Sequence record: NC_028899.1
Length of the DNA stretch: 64,000 nt
Direction: 5' to 3' (one strand)
Part shown: positions 45,654-55,064 of the stretch, in pieces
Numbering within the stretch: the first letter of the stretch is position 1
Layout of the letters: every line of letters starts with the position of its first letter
The notes under the pieces: generated by a model
Database searches by the model: none
Seen by the model: the letters and a program-made list of their open reading frames with translations, nothing else
Told to the model about the DNA's origin: nothing
Position numbers and translations under genes: made by a program

Positions 45654-47936
45654 TTAACCTTCCTTGTTAAAGAGTTTTCGAATGAAGCCGCTTGCGCGTT
45701 TGATTGCGCTCGTGGCCGTACGCGCCATGCGCTGGAACGTACTGGTCGACTCGAACAGGTGTTCCCGATTCTTGTCGATATAGGAGTCGCGGTTGCCGAT
45801 ATCCGGATCCTTGTATTTTTGGAAGACGAACTTGTAGCCGTTGCAGTCGAGAATGTGTTTGAAAAGTTTGAGGGCCCGGTTGTTGCCAAGCGGGACATGA
45901 TTGCGATCGACGCCCCGATCGATGTTGGTCGGCGTATCCGAATCGAGAACCGAATACACATACTCGCGGTGAGTTGCGAGCGAGTTGTTTCGATCCAGCA
46001 GGTCTGCTGCAACTTGACCACCACAATACGACATGATGATCCGCAGTTCTGCTTCGGAGATTGCCTTGACTGCTTGAGTCTTTGCCGGGTTCGAATACTT
46101 GTCCGAACTCGTGACCTGACCGAGAACACCCAGATGCTGAACCTTGGCCGTATTGGTTGCGATCCAGTCGTCGGAGATCTTCTCCAGCAGCATGAAGTAC
46201 TTGTGACCCATCTCGATGTCTTCTTCGGTCCATACCCACTGACCGGAATAATCGCGATACTCCACAGGCCCAACACGAGGCGGGAATTCTTCTTCACATG
46301 CTTCAACCGCTTGACGCCACGCGGTCATGTTGTGCGTCGGACTGAGGATGTGGATGCATGGGAACTTCAGCAACCACGACAGATGCAATGCACGCTGTTC
46401 GTCGGAATCGAACTGCATGCTGGTATAATGCTCGTGCATCGTCGGGCTGAGAATCTCATACAGCCGCATCAGATCCGACCAGACCTTGTCATATGCCTGT
46501 TGTTGCTTGGGCATATCTTCCACAACCTGCTTTTGGCTAGGCCGATCCTCAGGTCCGAGATTGATCGTGTCACGAACCGTCACCAGGAACTCACGAGTCA
46601 CCTGATTGAAATACGGCTCATACAGACCGCCGAAGTTTTGCCGGTTAAACGGCGACTCCGGAGACATGACCACTTCGGCACGAACACCCCACTGGTTACG
46701 CGGCATTTCGTCGTCAGGCAGAACGTGACACACAACGCCCTTGTCGCCTGCACAGCCGGTTGCCTTGTTGCCGATGTTGGGCAGGATCTGGTACTGGATC
46801 TTGAACTCGACACGCCAATCGTCGATCGGTGCTTTGTGATACAACTTCTGCACCACGTCACCGATGTCGTAATCGGTCATCGCGCATGCTTCCAGAACGA
46901 GACGATGGAATTCGTCCGTCAGATACATTTCGCCTCGACGAGCCTTGTACTGAATGTTGTACTCTTCGAGGATTTCGCGATAGAAGCGGTCGGTCAGTTC
47001 CTTGTAATACTCGACCTGGTCGTTCATGCCGTTGGGCAGGGAACGGTTATCGTGATAGACCATGATGTCGATGATCTGCCCTTCGCCTGCGCGAGTATAG
47101 AGCTTGTCATCATACGTCATGTCGAGCATCATGGTGTCATAGATACCCATGCTCGTCACTGCGAGTCGATCGTCGAACTCGCGAGTGGCCATCAGCAGAC
47201 CGTCAGGACGAATCCATTCGCCAACGTCTTTGAAGATTTTGTAACGCTTTCTCGGATCCTCTGCCTTCGGATCGCCGAACATGTTCAGGCCATAACGGTT
47301 TTGGCCCCAGCTAGCGGTACGAGTCTCAATCATGTTGAAACTCATCTTCTTCAGAGCGGATTCGGAAATCAGAATACCATCTTCAGACACTGCCGGGTGA
47401 CTCATGTTGGCGAACATGAGATTCAGGCCATAACCATAACCGCCGCCGGATTTGATCGACGGCGATGTGAGGAATTCGGTCCCCTCCTCAAAACTTGCCC
47501 CTTTCGCAATGCGAGCCCAATCGCTCGTCTTGTTATACTGGAAGCCGAAGTACTGATGCTCCAGCGAATAGTCACGCAGGTCCAGGCAGCCGATTTGACG
47601 CGTTTTCAAATCAACATAAATTGCGATCCTTTGAGGATTCTTGATCGTGCTGCCAATGGTACGCGAACGCGGAAAGCGATCGACGACTCGAAGGATTTCG
47701 ATATCGCTCGGCGCTTTGACGGAAAAACAATACTCCCCGAATCGTGCTTCGGTCCCGGTCTGCCAGTAGCGTTCTTCGGAACCTGAGATGACAAGTGCTT
47801 GCGGCAAGTGGCCAGCGAACATCACCTTCCGAGGACCGCTATTTACATCGACCCATGGGTCCATCGAATTGTTTGATAGAAACTCCGCATAGAGTTCGCT
47901 TGGATGACGCGCTAATGTTGTCATTTGACCATCCAT
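45654..47936 (-). CDS. rpoB: Non-virion RNA polymerase beta C-terminal subunit (phiKZ gp71-73-like, uninterrupted)
   Basis: NSGPRKVMFAGHLPQAL, SEDGILISES, GNKATGCAGDKGVV...DEMP, SPFNRQNFG and AISEAE motifs. Start is ATG 47936 or 47924; the TTG at 47984 lies in the leader. Confidence 0.92.
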   Translation of the reverse strand: MDGQMTTLARHPSELYAEFLSNNSMDPWVDVNSGPRKVMFAGHLPQALVISGSEERYWQTGTEARFGEYCFSVKAPSDIEILRVVDRFPRSRTIGSTIKNPQRIAIYVDLKTRQIGCLDLRDYSLEHQYFGFQYNKTSDWARIAKGASFEEGTEFLTSPSIKSGGGYGYGLNLMFANMSHPAVSEDGILISESALKKMSFNMIETRTASWGQNRYGLNMFGDPKAEDPRKRYKIFKDVGEWIRPDGLLMATREFDDRLAVTSMGIYDTMMLDMTYDDKLYTRAGEGQIIDIMVYHDNRSLPNGMNDQVEYYKELTDRFYREILEEYNIQYKARRGEMYLTDEFHRLVLEACAMTDYDIGDVVQKLYHKAPIDDWRVEFKIQYQILPNIGNKATGCAGDKGVVCHVLPDDEMPRNQWGVRAEVVMSPESPFNRQNFGGLYEPYFNQVTREFLVTVRDTINLGPEDRPSQKQVVEDMPKQQQAYDKVWSDLMRLYEILSPTMHEHYTSMQFDSDEQRALHLSWLLKFPCIHILSPTHNMTAWRQAVEACEEEFPPRVGPVEYRDYSGQWVWTEEDIEMGHKYFMLLEKISDDWIATNTAKVQHLGVLGQVTSSDKYSNPAKTQAVKAISEAELRIIMSYCGGQVAADLLDRNNSLATHREYVYSVLDSDTPTNIDRGVDRNHVPLGNNRALKLFKHILDCNGYKFVFQKYKDPDIGNRDSYIDKNREHLFESTSTFQRMARTATSAIKRASGFIRKLFNKEG

Positions 47937-47974
47937 TTCTGTTTTGAAAGTGAGCACTGTCTGAGACTTCTTGA

Positions 47975-47996
47975 CAGTATCCAATTGATGATATAT
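47975..47996 (-). promoter_or_regulatory. Putative early promoter plus conserved leader
   Basis: Minus strand ATATATCATCAATTGGATACTG, 21/22 identical to 60165-60186. Confidence 0.65.
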
Positions 47997-48031
47997 TTCT
48001 CTAATATTTTATATAGGACTCAAAGATAACC

Positions 48032-48373
48032 ATGCCAGCCCTCATCGATAACATCGACAACTCCGGTCCGGCGATCTATTACACGGACACATTCCGACAG
48101 ATGATCGAAGACCACCTGCTGGTGATCTCTTCGATGTCAACGACGCAAACCAGAACGATCACGGATGACGACTGGGCGACGTTGTACAGATTTGAAGGAG
48201 ACTTTTATGGTCTTCTTAATGCGTTGGGTTATGACCGACGCTATCATTGGACGATTTTGCGAATGAATGGCTATCGTAGCCGTTTTGAAGCAACCGACCA
48301 GATCACAACACTGCTGTTGCCTGACTGGGCCTACATCGACAAGTTGGCTCAGCTGAGTAAAGAAAAGAAGTAA
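48032..48373 (+). CDS. Conserved small chimallivirus protein (LysM/baseplate-wedge-like candidate)
   Basis: YRFEGDFYGLL...YHWTILRMNG motif; AAAGA upstream; own terminator. Confidence 0.6.
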   Translation: MPALIDNIDNSGPAIYYTDTFRQMIEDHLLVISSMSTTQTRTITDDDWATLYRFEGDFYGLLNALGYDRRYHWTILRMNGYRSRFEATDQITTLLLPDWAYIDKLAQLSKEKK

Positions 48374-48386
48374 GCAACAAAAGAAA

Positions 48387-48420
48387 ATGATACTGACTCC
48401 CGTTAGGGAGTCAGTATCAT
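48387..48420. terminator. Bidirectional hairpin between convergent genes
   Basis: ATGATACTGACTCCC-GTTA-GGGAGTCAGTATCAT, 15-bp perfect stem. Confidence 0.85.
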
Positions 48421-48432
48421 GCTTATGCCGTC

Positions 48433-50061
48433 TTAACGACGGTAGTAACGGTCACGCCGATCATAGCGATCGTCACGATCGTAATCGCGATCTCGCGAAC
48501 CACGATCACGCAGATCACGAATACCACGACGACGACCATCGCGGTCATAGTCTCGATCATCACGGTCATAACGGCTACCACGACGACCACGATACTCGCG
48601 ATCTTCTTCATCGCGCAATGCCGAACGCAGAGCCGGATTGTCTTCGAAGACATCACCGGATCTTTCGCGACGACGATCATCCCGATCGTAGTCACGGTCG
48701 CGTCGATCATAATCACGATCCCGTTCGCGATCCCGACGATCGTAGTCACGATCACGGGCACGACGGTCATCGTAATCACGCTCACGACGACGCTCACGCA
48801 ATTCGCGCTCTTCTTCTTCGCGACGCTCACGTTCGAGTCGTTCTTCACGTTCACGCAATTCACGCTCACGCCGTTCGAGTTCACGACGTTCACGGTCTGC
48901 AATGCTGCGGGCTTCACGTTCGCTCGTTACTGCCCGATCAGTACCTGAAGCCTCGTGGGTTCTGTCGGGCAGTGCTTTTCCCAGGCTTTCGCCGGTCGAC
49001 TTCGGGGCCGGAGCGCCGAGAATCATGCGACCACGAGGAGCCGGAGGTTGGCTAGGGCGCTCTTCACGAGCTGCGCCGAGGCGACCGCGTTCACGGACTT
49101 CTTCGGCACGACCCATGTCGCGTTCTTCACGACGACGATCGTCTTCTTTCTCGCGATCCATCTCTTCGCCATGTTCATTGGCGTTGAGTGCAGGAATCGT
49201 GCGAGCCAGCTTTTCGACCATGTCCTTGCTGTCGAAGATTTCCTTCCAGATCCCGATCTCTTCCGGGAACTGCAAGATCTCCGGCAGATCGACCTTGTCC
49301 ATATAGGGCTGGGCCGATTCCACCAGAGCGTCGACGACGTTCAGGGTTGCACGTACGAGCGACTCGATGAACGGAGCCGAACGCGAGTTGATGCCGACGT
49401 TGAAGAATTCCGGATCGGATGCCAGATTCGGGAAGATGAACTCGAACAGCTTGATGAGCATCTCGCGATTCTTGTTCGACAGCTTGACGCCGTTGATCGG
49501 TTCCTTTTCCGGCTTCTTCAGAGCTTCGTAGATCGGGAAGGTCACGATACCGGCACGACCATAAGTCGTGCCCTTGACCACCCCGCCGCGCTTGATGAAG
49601 ATGTTGATAAACATGTCCGCGTTGTTGCGGGACTTCGTGTTCTTCTGAATCGACTCGAAGTCTTTCACCAGCGTATGATCGCACTTCGACAGCGCGTTCA
49701 GAACCTGAGCCTGCTCGGTCGTCAGGTTCTTCTGGTTGTCTTGGTCGTACGCGATTGCGATCAACTCCTTCATGAAATACGCAATCGACGCGTTCAGACG
49801 TTGCACGTACTGGTCGCGCAAGCTGGCCACCATGTCACTGATGCCCAGATTGAACGATTCGCGCAGCGGATGGAAGCCCACGCGATTGTCCCAGTTCTTG
49901 TTCTTCATCTGCTCGCGAGTGGGCAGAAACACACGCTTGCCGTTGATCGTGGCAGGCATGAGTTGGTCGCCGAGCTTCACCGAGACGTAGCCGTCCTCGT
50001 CAGCCACCATCCAGCCCAGGTCCAGCAGAATCTTGTAATAATCGATGATCTTGTCACGCAT
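48433..50061 (-). CDS. phiKZ gp70-like protein with a long R/D/E-rich disordered C-terminus
   Basis: Synteny (between the PicA-like gene and nvRNAP beta); RDYDRR repeats. Confidence 0.7.
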   Translation of the reverse strand: MRDKIIDYYKILLDLGWMVADEDGYVSVKLGDQLMPATINGKRVFLPTREQMKNKNWDNRVGFHPLRESFNLGISDMVASLRDQYVQRLNASIAYFMKELIAIAYDQDNQKNLTTEQAQVLNALSKCDHTLVKDFESIQKNTKSRNNADMFINIFIKRGGVVKGTTYGRAGIVTFPIYEALKKPEKEPINGVKLSNKNREMLIKLFEFIFPNLASDPEFFNVGINSRSAPFIESLVRATLNVVDALVESAQPYMDKVDLPEILQFPEEIGIWKEIFDSKDMVEKLARTIPALNANEHGEEMDREKEDDRRREERDMGRAEEVRERGRLGAAREERPSQPPAPRGRMILGAPAPKSTGESLGKALPDRTHEASGTDRAVTSEREARSIADRERRELERRERELREREERLERERREEEERELRERRRERDYDDRRARDRDYDRRDRERDRDYDRRDRDYDRDDRRRERSGDVFEDNPALRSALRDEEDREYRGRRGSRYDRDDRDYDRDGRRRGIRDLRDRGSRDRDYDRDDRYDRRDRYYRR

Positions 50062-50074
50062 TTTTTAGGTTACC

Positions 50075-51523
50075 TCAATAGTTGAAGCCGCGACCTTGGT
50101 TCGAGCCCATGCCAGTTGTAGAAAGGATTTCGTCGAACAGATTGTTGAAATCGCGCGACGTATCACGGATGTCTTGCCGATCGTTGGTCAGGATCGGAGA
50201 CGTGAGCGAATTGCAGAAACACGGGAACACATAACGGCCGAGATCCTGCCCGTCGTAATACATCGTAAAGTCCACTTCCCCGAATACGCGGCACTTCACT
50301 TGCAGACCGATATCGAACCGGTCATCGGCGGTCATCGGATACATCAGCTCGTCGATCAGGCGTTCCTCGAACTGATCCACAAACCAGGACAGATCCATGT
50401 CCTTCACGAACGACTTGGCATCGGTCGGAACGAACTCGAAACCGCCGTTGAGCGTCTGGTTGTGAACCTGGAAGCTGATCGCGTGCAGGCCGGTTTCCAT
50501 CATCAGGGCCGGGACTGCAATCTGAACCAACGCCGCCAGCTTGTCTTCTTCTTCCTGACCATCCAGCGGATTGGTCTCGCGATGATACATCGTCATGTCG
50601 CGAGTCAGGTCGTCGAACAGCTTCGTTTCGGTCCGGCGCTCAGCTTCCGGATCCAGACGCAGCAGATCGTCGAACGTGAAGTTGTCGGTCGTCGTGGACA
50701 GGCCGCGAATGTTCGACATCGCACGCAGGAACACGTCGTCGGAGGTATAGGACTCTTGCACATAGCCCTGAGCCGTAGCATTCACGTCCAGGACCGAATT
50801 CCCATACTCCATGTTGTCGACAGCCTTGCGGCGAGCATCGAGAACCTTGGACATATAACGCGAACCGATTCGATTCGAGTTACTGGACTTCACCGCGTTC
50901 TTCGACAGCGTCGTTCGCAGATCGGTCACATCGTCGACCAGTTCCAGCGTCTGCTCGGCATCAAGCGCCGAATAGACATCTTCCGGACGCATCGTGAAGA
51001 GCTTGTCGCTACGACGACGCAGGCCGGCATTTTCACGATCGGACAGAACATCGTTCGCATTGCAGGGCATGAACACGGAACGATAGCCACCGCGACCATT
51101 CGGGACCTGACGCTCTTGCAGCAAGAACGTATTGTTGACATAGAACTCCATGTCATGATCCACGTGACGCGTGGTGAAGCCGACCGAATTGGTATAACCC
51201 ATCAGGACCTGCTTCATCTTGTCGCCGGTGCCGATGTGGATTTCCAACGTCAGAATGAACCGGCCGCGACGCTCGGACCAGCCATTCGGTACTTCGATGA
51301 CGCCGCGCGGATGCATGTCCGGCACCATGAACTGATTTGCGATCGAAGCCAGGATCGACGGAGTGAAACGTTTGGACTTCTGGAAGCGCTCGTCGATGCG
51401 ATCCAGCAGATCGCCACGAATTTCCGTTTTGTACGGCCGAAGAACCTGATCCTGATACGTAGCCGACTCGGCGATGATAAGTTCTTCAACGAAAATTTTG
51501 ATGTCTTGACGACCAGTACGCAT
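50075..51523 (-). CDS. picA: Phage-nucleus protein import factor PicA/Imp1 (phiKZ gp69-like)
   Basis: 482 aa, between the gp68-like and gp70-like genes. Assignment is mainly by conserved gene order. Confidence 0.65.
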   Translation of the reverse strand: MRTGRQDIKIFVEELIIAESATYQDQVLRPYKTEIRGDLLDRIDERFQKSKRFTPSILASIANQFMVPDMHPRGVIEVPNGWSERRGRFILTLEIHIGTGDKMKQVLMGYTNSVGFTTRHVDHDMEFYVNNTFLLQERQVPNGRGGYRSVFMPCNANDVLSDRENAGLRRRSDKLFTMRPEDVYSALDAEQTLELVDDVTDLRTTLSKNAVKSSNSNRIGSRYMSKVLDARRKAVDNMEYGNSVLDVNATAQGYVQESYTSDDVFLRAMSNIRGLSTTTDNFTFDDLLRLDPEAERRTETKLFDDLTRDMTMYHRETNPLDGQEEEDKLAALVQIAVPALMMETGLHAISFQVHNQTLNGGFEFVPTDAKSFVKDMDLSWFVDQFEERLIDELMYPMTADDRFDIGLQVKCRVFGEVDFTMYYDGQDLGRYVFPCFCNSLTSPILTNDRQDIRDTSRDFNNLFDEILSTTGMGSNQGRGFNY

Positions 51524-51538
51524 TGCTTAGCCCCTATT

Positions 51539-53110
51539 TTAAAAAGTGTACAGCGAAATGAACTGCGCATTCCGCAGCTGCATGTAGATGGCATAGTCAG
51601 CCAACCGATTCCGAATGTCGTAACCCACTCGGTGAGTTTTGTTTGCAGCGCTGCCACGCAGCTCCGCGATTTGCTCCTCAGCCATGTTCAGAAACCACGT
51701 ATGGTCAGACAACTGCTGAGCCAAATCCATGATTTCATTGACAGCGTCGTTGTTGGGCTTCACCGCCTTTTTCGTCGGATGACGACGGTAGTACGGATAA
51801 AGCTCATTGAGTTTATCGATTTTGTCCTTCGTGATGTGAGCACGCGACTCGGAACTATACGAGCCATAGCCTTCTGCATTCATGCTTCGTGCAGTCGGAA
51901 TGCCCGCCAGATCCTTGAAGTCCGTATTCCACAGAACGAATTGAGCAATGCCAGCCAGGCGCAAGATGCTGGACTTGTTGATGTCCCACATCGAGCGAGC
52001 ACTGACGATCGGACTGACGACCCACTGGATGATTCGGATCTGACATTCTTCCAGTGTGTGGCTGCTCATTGCATCAGCAGCTTCCATCGCACGATCAAGC
52101 TCGGCGATTTCTTCTTCCGACAATTCGTTCTTCAGCAACAGCCGCGCTGCGATCTCCCGATAATACTCGGTCCACTTCTCGATTGCGGTGAACTCACCCG
52201 GCGGAACCAAAGGCTTGTTCTTGTACTTCTCCGCACGCGACGAAGAGTCTTCGCTCGAATCGTCCTCGTTCGGATTGATCTTTTCAAGAATCGCGTTCTG
52301 ATGGCTTTCGTTTTGCGAGAGCCGATTGCGAAGCGTCTTGTGGATGATCTGCACGAGATGCGTGTCCGACGGTTGACGCGTGAAGCTTGCGATCACCAGG
52401 AAGCGCACGAGGATGTTCGCTACCAGGTTCGTCTGGAACACATCGGAACCAATGCCGTCGATGGATGCTCGAATGTTGATGTCGTCTTGTTTGACGTTCT
52501 TCGCCACATAGTGGTTCAGACGCTGCATTGCCGGCGACTCAGCAATCGAACTCTTCGAGATCGTGAAGTACGCATTCAGATCTCGGAATGTCGGACCAGA
52601 TTCCTTTTTCGTGATTTCTGCGAACTCACCCCAGATCGGAGCGATCGAGCGCAGCTTAATCACCATGTACACGAGTTCCCAATAGTCCGTGATCAAATAC
52701 GTCTGCTCACGGCTGCCGGGTTTCTCGTGCGAAAACTTGTACTCTGCATCCAGATCTTCAGGAATCCAAATGCCTGCATGATAACGAGTCCAACGCTCGA
52801 AATCTTCCGTGTCGTGGAGATCGATGATCTCGTTGACGATCGGACGCAACTGGAGAATCAACGGGTTGACGTTGAATGTCTCGTTGAAGACGATCTTTGC
52901 CTGGCGATACAGATCGAAGATTTTGTCCTGAAGTTCGATGTCGATCCGCGACCAGTACTTATTGATTTGTTGAAACGGTTCGTATGTTCCTTTCTTGAAT
53001 GCTTGTCCATAAACCGATCCGCTGAACTCCAGGGTTTCCCCACGGTGTTCGATCAGGATCATACCGTTACCAGCGACGCCTGCGTGTTGGAATTTCGCTT
53101 GCATCGACAC
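51539..53110 (-). CDS. Non-virion RNAP fifth subunit (promoter-specificity, phiKZ gp68-like)
   Basis: 523 aa; KPGSREQTYLITDY and PIWGEF segments; synteny. Confidence 0.75.
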   Translation of the reverse strand: MSMQAKFQHAGVAGNGMILIEHRGETLEFSGSVYGQAFKKGTYEPFQQINKYWSRIDIELQDKIFDLYRQAKIVFNETFNVNPLILQLRPIVNEIIDLHDTEDFERWTRYHAGIWIPEDLDAEYKFSHEKPGSREQTYLITDYWELVYMVIKLRSIAPIWGEFAEITKKESGPTFRDLNAYFTISKSSIAESPAMQRLNHYVAKNVKQDDINIRASIDGIGSDVFQTNLVANILVRFLVIASFTRQPSDTHLVQIIHKTLRNRLSQNESHQNAILEKINPNEDDSSEDSSSRAEKYKNKPLVPPGEFTAIEKWTEYYREIAARLLLKNELSEEEIAELDRAMEAADAMSSHTLEECQIRIIQWVVSPIVSARSMWDINKSSILRLAGIAQFVLWNTDFKDLAGIPTARSMNAEGYGSYSSESRAHITKDKIDKLNELYPYYRRHPTKKAVKPNNDAVNEIMDLAQQLSDHTWFLNMAEEQIAELRGSAANKTHRVGYDIRNRLADYAIYMQLRNAQFISLYTF

Positions 53111-53143
53111 TCCTTTTAAAAATTTCCTAGCTAATACCAGGGA

Positions 53144-53164
53144 ATGATATATCGTTGAATTTCG
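53144..53164 (-). promoter_or_regulatory. Putative early promoter
   Basis: Minus strand CGAAATTCAACGATATATCAT. Confidence 0.7.
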
Positions 53165-53180
53165 TTTAAAAGAGAGTTTT

Positions 53181-53208
53181 CACATGGGTGCCCGAAGGCA
53201 CCCATGTG
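53181..53208 (-). terminator. Hairpin terminator
   Basis: CACATGGGTGCC-CGAA-GGCACCCATGTG (UUCG on minus). Confidence 0.8.
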
Positions 53209-53237
53209 TCTGATTAGTGGTTCCGTTGGGCTACTGC

Positions 53238-54002
53238 TTAGAACGAGATGTCGTCGAAATCGGAACTGCCTCCGGAGAAGCCGCCACCCGATGCATCGGA
53301 ATCGCTTTCGTTGTCGCCGCCCCAACCACCACCGCCGCCACCGCGATTGCTGTTGTTGCCACCCTTGTTCCAGTTGCCGCCGCCACCACCGCCGCGGTTA
53401 CCGCCGCCGCCGAAGTTGCCGCCTTGTTTGGGTTCCGGATGCTTGTACGTATTGACCGAAACCATGATCATCGCGTCGGACACGAACTTGTAGATCGCGC
53501 GTGCCACGAGAATCGAGACTTCTGCTTCTTGCATCGGCTCGCCGTTGCGGGCCAGATGGTGCCAGTACGTCGGTGCGAACTTGAAATGGATCTTCGGCCG
53601 CGACTGGTTTTCCAGGTCTTCGACCAGGATGTACACGATGCCTGCGGGGTTCTTGCCCACTTCGACACGTGCGACGTCGACACGCTTCTTGTCCTGGCCG
53701 CGCATCGATTGGCAGAACATTTCGAGCTTGATCGGCTCTTTCGACTCGGTCACCTGCCGCAGTTGTTCCAGGTGGATCTGCATGTCGAGCACGCCCATCT
53801 TCGCCTGGATACGACCGAAGTTGTTGTCCTTGTCGTTCGGGTCACGGGTGAACACCGTGATGCCGGGGTTGTCGTTGTTCGCGTAGTAGTGCAGTTCCGA
53901 GAAACCCTTTACGCCCTTCACGGGACAAGGGGTGGACAGCACAACTCGCTTCGAGTCGAGAAGGTTCTTGTCACGAGCCTTCGGTTTGAAATCGCCTGCC
54001 AT
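53238..54002 (-). CDS. chmC: Nucleus-associated ss-nucleic-acid-binding protein ChmC-like (phiKZ gp67-like)
   Basis: Immediately upstream of the gp68-like gene; beta-rich core and Gly/Asn-rich disordered tail ending DFDDISF. Confidence 0.65.
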   Translation of the reverse strand: MAGDFKPKARDKNLLDSKRVVLSTPCPVKGVKGFSELHYYANNDNPGITVFTRDPNDKDNNFGRIQAKMGVLDMQIHLEQLRQVTESKEPIKLEMFCQSMRGQDKKRVDVARVEVGKNPAGIVYILVEDLENQSRPKIHFKFAPTYWHHLARNGEPMQEAEVSILVARAIYKFVSDAMIMVSVNTYKHPEPKQGGNFGGGGNRGGGGGGNWNKGGNNSNRGGGGGGWGGDNESDSDASGGGFSGGSSDFDDISF

Positions 54003-54061
54003 GGCTACCTCTTGAATGGTTGGTTGTCGGACTCCAGATCATAGATAGACCTGGTAAAAGA

Positions 54062-54898
54062 TTACATCATGTCTTTCACGGTAGCCGTGAAATACGGATT
54101 TTTCAGCTGATCCAGGTTCATCCGGATTCGAGCGTCGGTAGTCAATGCGCTCCAGCCGTATTTCGTTGCAAGATCGACGATAGCTTTGCGAAGCTTGGAA
54201 TCCATCGGCGAGAAGAATTCCTTTTCACCAAATATCCGTGCGAAGTATTGGGTGAACGGAATCATCGAGAGTTCTTTACCGTTGTTCAGTTTCGTGTACC
54301 ATAACGAACGGTTCTTGATTGCTCCCGTATGCGATTCGATCAGGTCCAGTTCCTCGAAGGACTTATAGGACAACAGATCCCACGCAATGTGTGTTTGGAT
54401 CAGAAAGTTTCCATCCTTCTTATCCGGCGCGATATCGGTATCGAACGACTTGACGTAGTCCTTACCCACATCGTCCAGGAATTGCTGAATGGAGTCTTCC
54501 ATACGCTTACGTTCTTCCACCTGTTTCGGCGTGATATCCGATTTAAAGATGGAGTGATGCTTGTATCGCGTATAGATGGCTTTATAATTGCAGAGGTACA
54601 AGCTCGGGTCGATCTTGGTATCTGCGAGAACGCGTTTCACCGCTTCCCATTCGTCGTGCATGAGTTCTGCAATGACGCCGGGTTTAAGCAGAATATTGAT
54701 GTCAGCCGTAAACGAGCCGACGATGTTTCGATAGAGCGTACGGGCATTGAGCCAGTAGTGATCGTATTTCAGATGAGGCGCTTCATCCCACTTACGTTCC
54801 GGATGAATATTCATCAAGGATTCGAGAGCGAGAGAAGTCGGCACATTCACCGGAAACTGACCACGCGCCATCTTCTCAGTGAATGTGAAGACGTTCAT
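54062..54898 (-). CDS. Conserved chimallivirus protein, phiKZ gp66-like (5'-3' nuclease-like fold suspected)
   Basis: Synteny; NARTLYRN, THIAWDLL and IESHTG segments. The ATG at 54898 is preferred. Confidence 0.55.
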   Translation of the reverse strand: MNVFTFTEKMARGQFPVNVPTSLALESLMNIHPERKWDEAPHLKYDHYWLNARTLYRNIVGSFTADINILLKPGVIAELMHDEWEAVKRVLADTKIDPSLYLCNYKAIYTRYKHHSIFKSDITPKQVEERKRMEDSIQQFLDDVGKDYVKSFDTDIAPDKKDGNFLIQTHIAWDLLSYKSFEELDLIESHTGAIKNRSLWYTKLNNGKELSMIPFTQYFARIFGEKEFFSPMDSKLRKAIVDLATKYGWSALTTDARIRMNLDQLKNPYFTATVKDMM

Positions 54899-55059
54899 TG
54901 TGTCCAAATTCCCAGATGAATAGCTGCAATCAACCCAACCTCACGCTTAGTGGGATGATTATAAATGGTCGAATTATTCAGAGCCAGCAGAGGCCAATCA
55001 TTCTGAGTGAAAGGGTAAGTCCTCTTCTTAAAATGCCTCAGAGGCTGACCATTCATCAT
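54895..55059 (-). CDS. Possible 54-aa ORF below the track cutoff (MMNGQPLRHFKKRTYPF...IHLGIWTQ)
   Basis: Fills the gap exactly: starts 5 nt after the upstream stop, and its TGA overlaps the next ATG (ATGA). Confidence 0.4.
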   Translation of the reverse strand: MMNGQPLRHFKKRTYPFTQNDWPLLALNNSTIYNHPTKREVGLIAAIHLGIWTQ

Positions 55060-55064
55060 TTCAA

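Noticed and set aside
48433-48920. Repeated CGTAGTCACG/GATCGT units as a CRISPR-like or DGR repeat array
   Set aside because: The repeats are irregular and fully explained by encoding the RD/Y-rich protein tail.
50096-53119. 1007-aa plus-strand ORF and the many other long antisense ORFs (e.g. 45759..47786, 60635..62641, 24769..26730, 17286..19106)
   Set aside because: These are shadows of codon-biased minus-strand genes, with no recognisable motifs or RBS.
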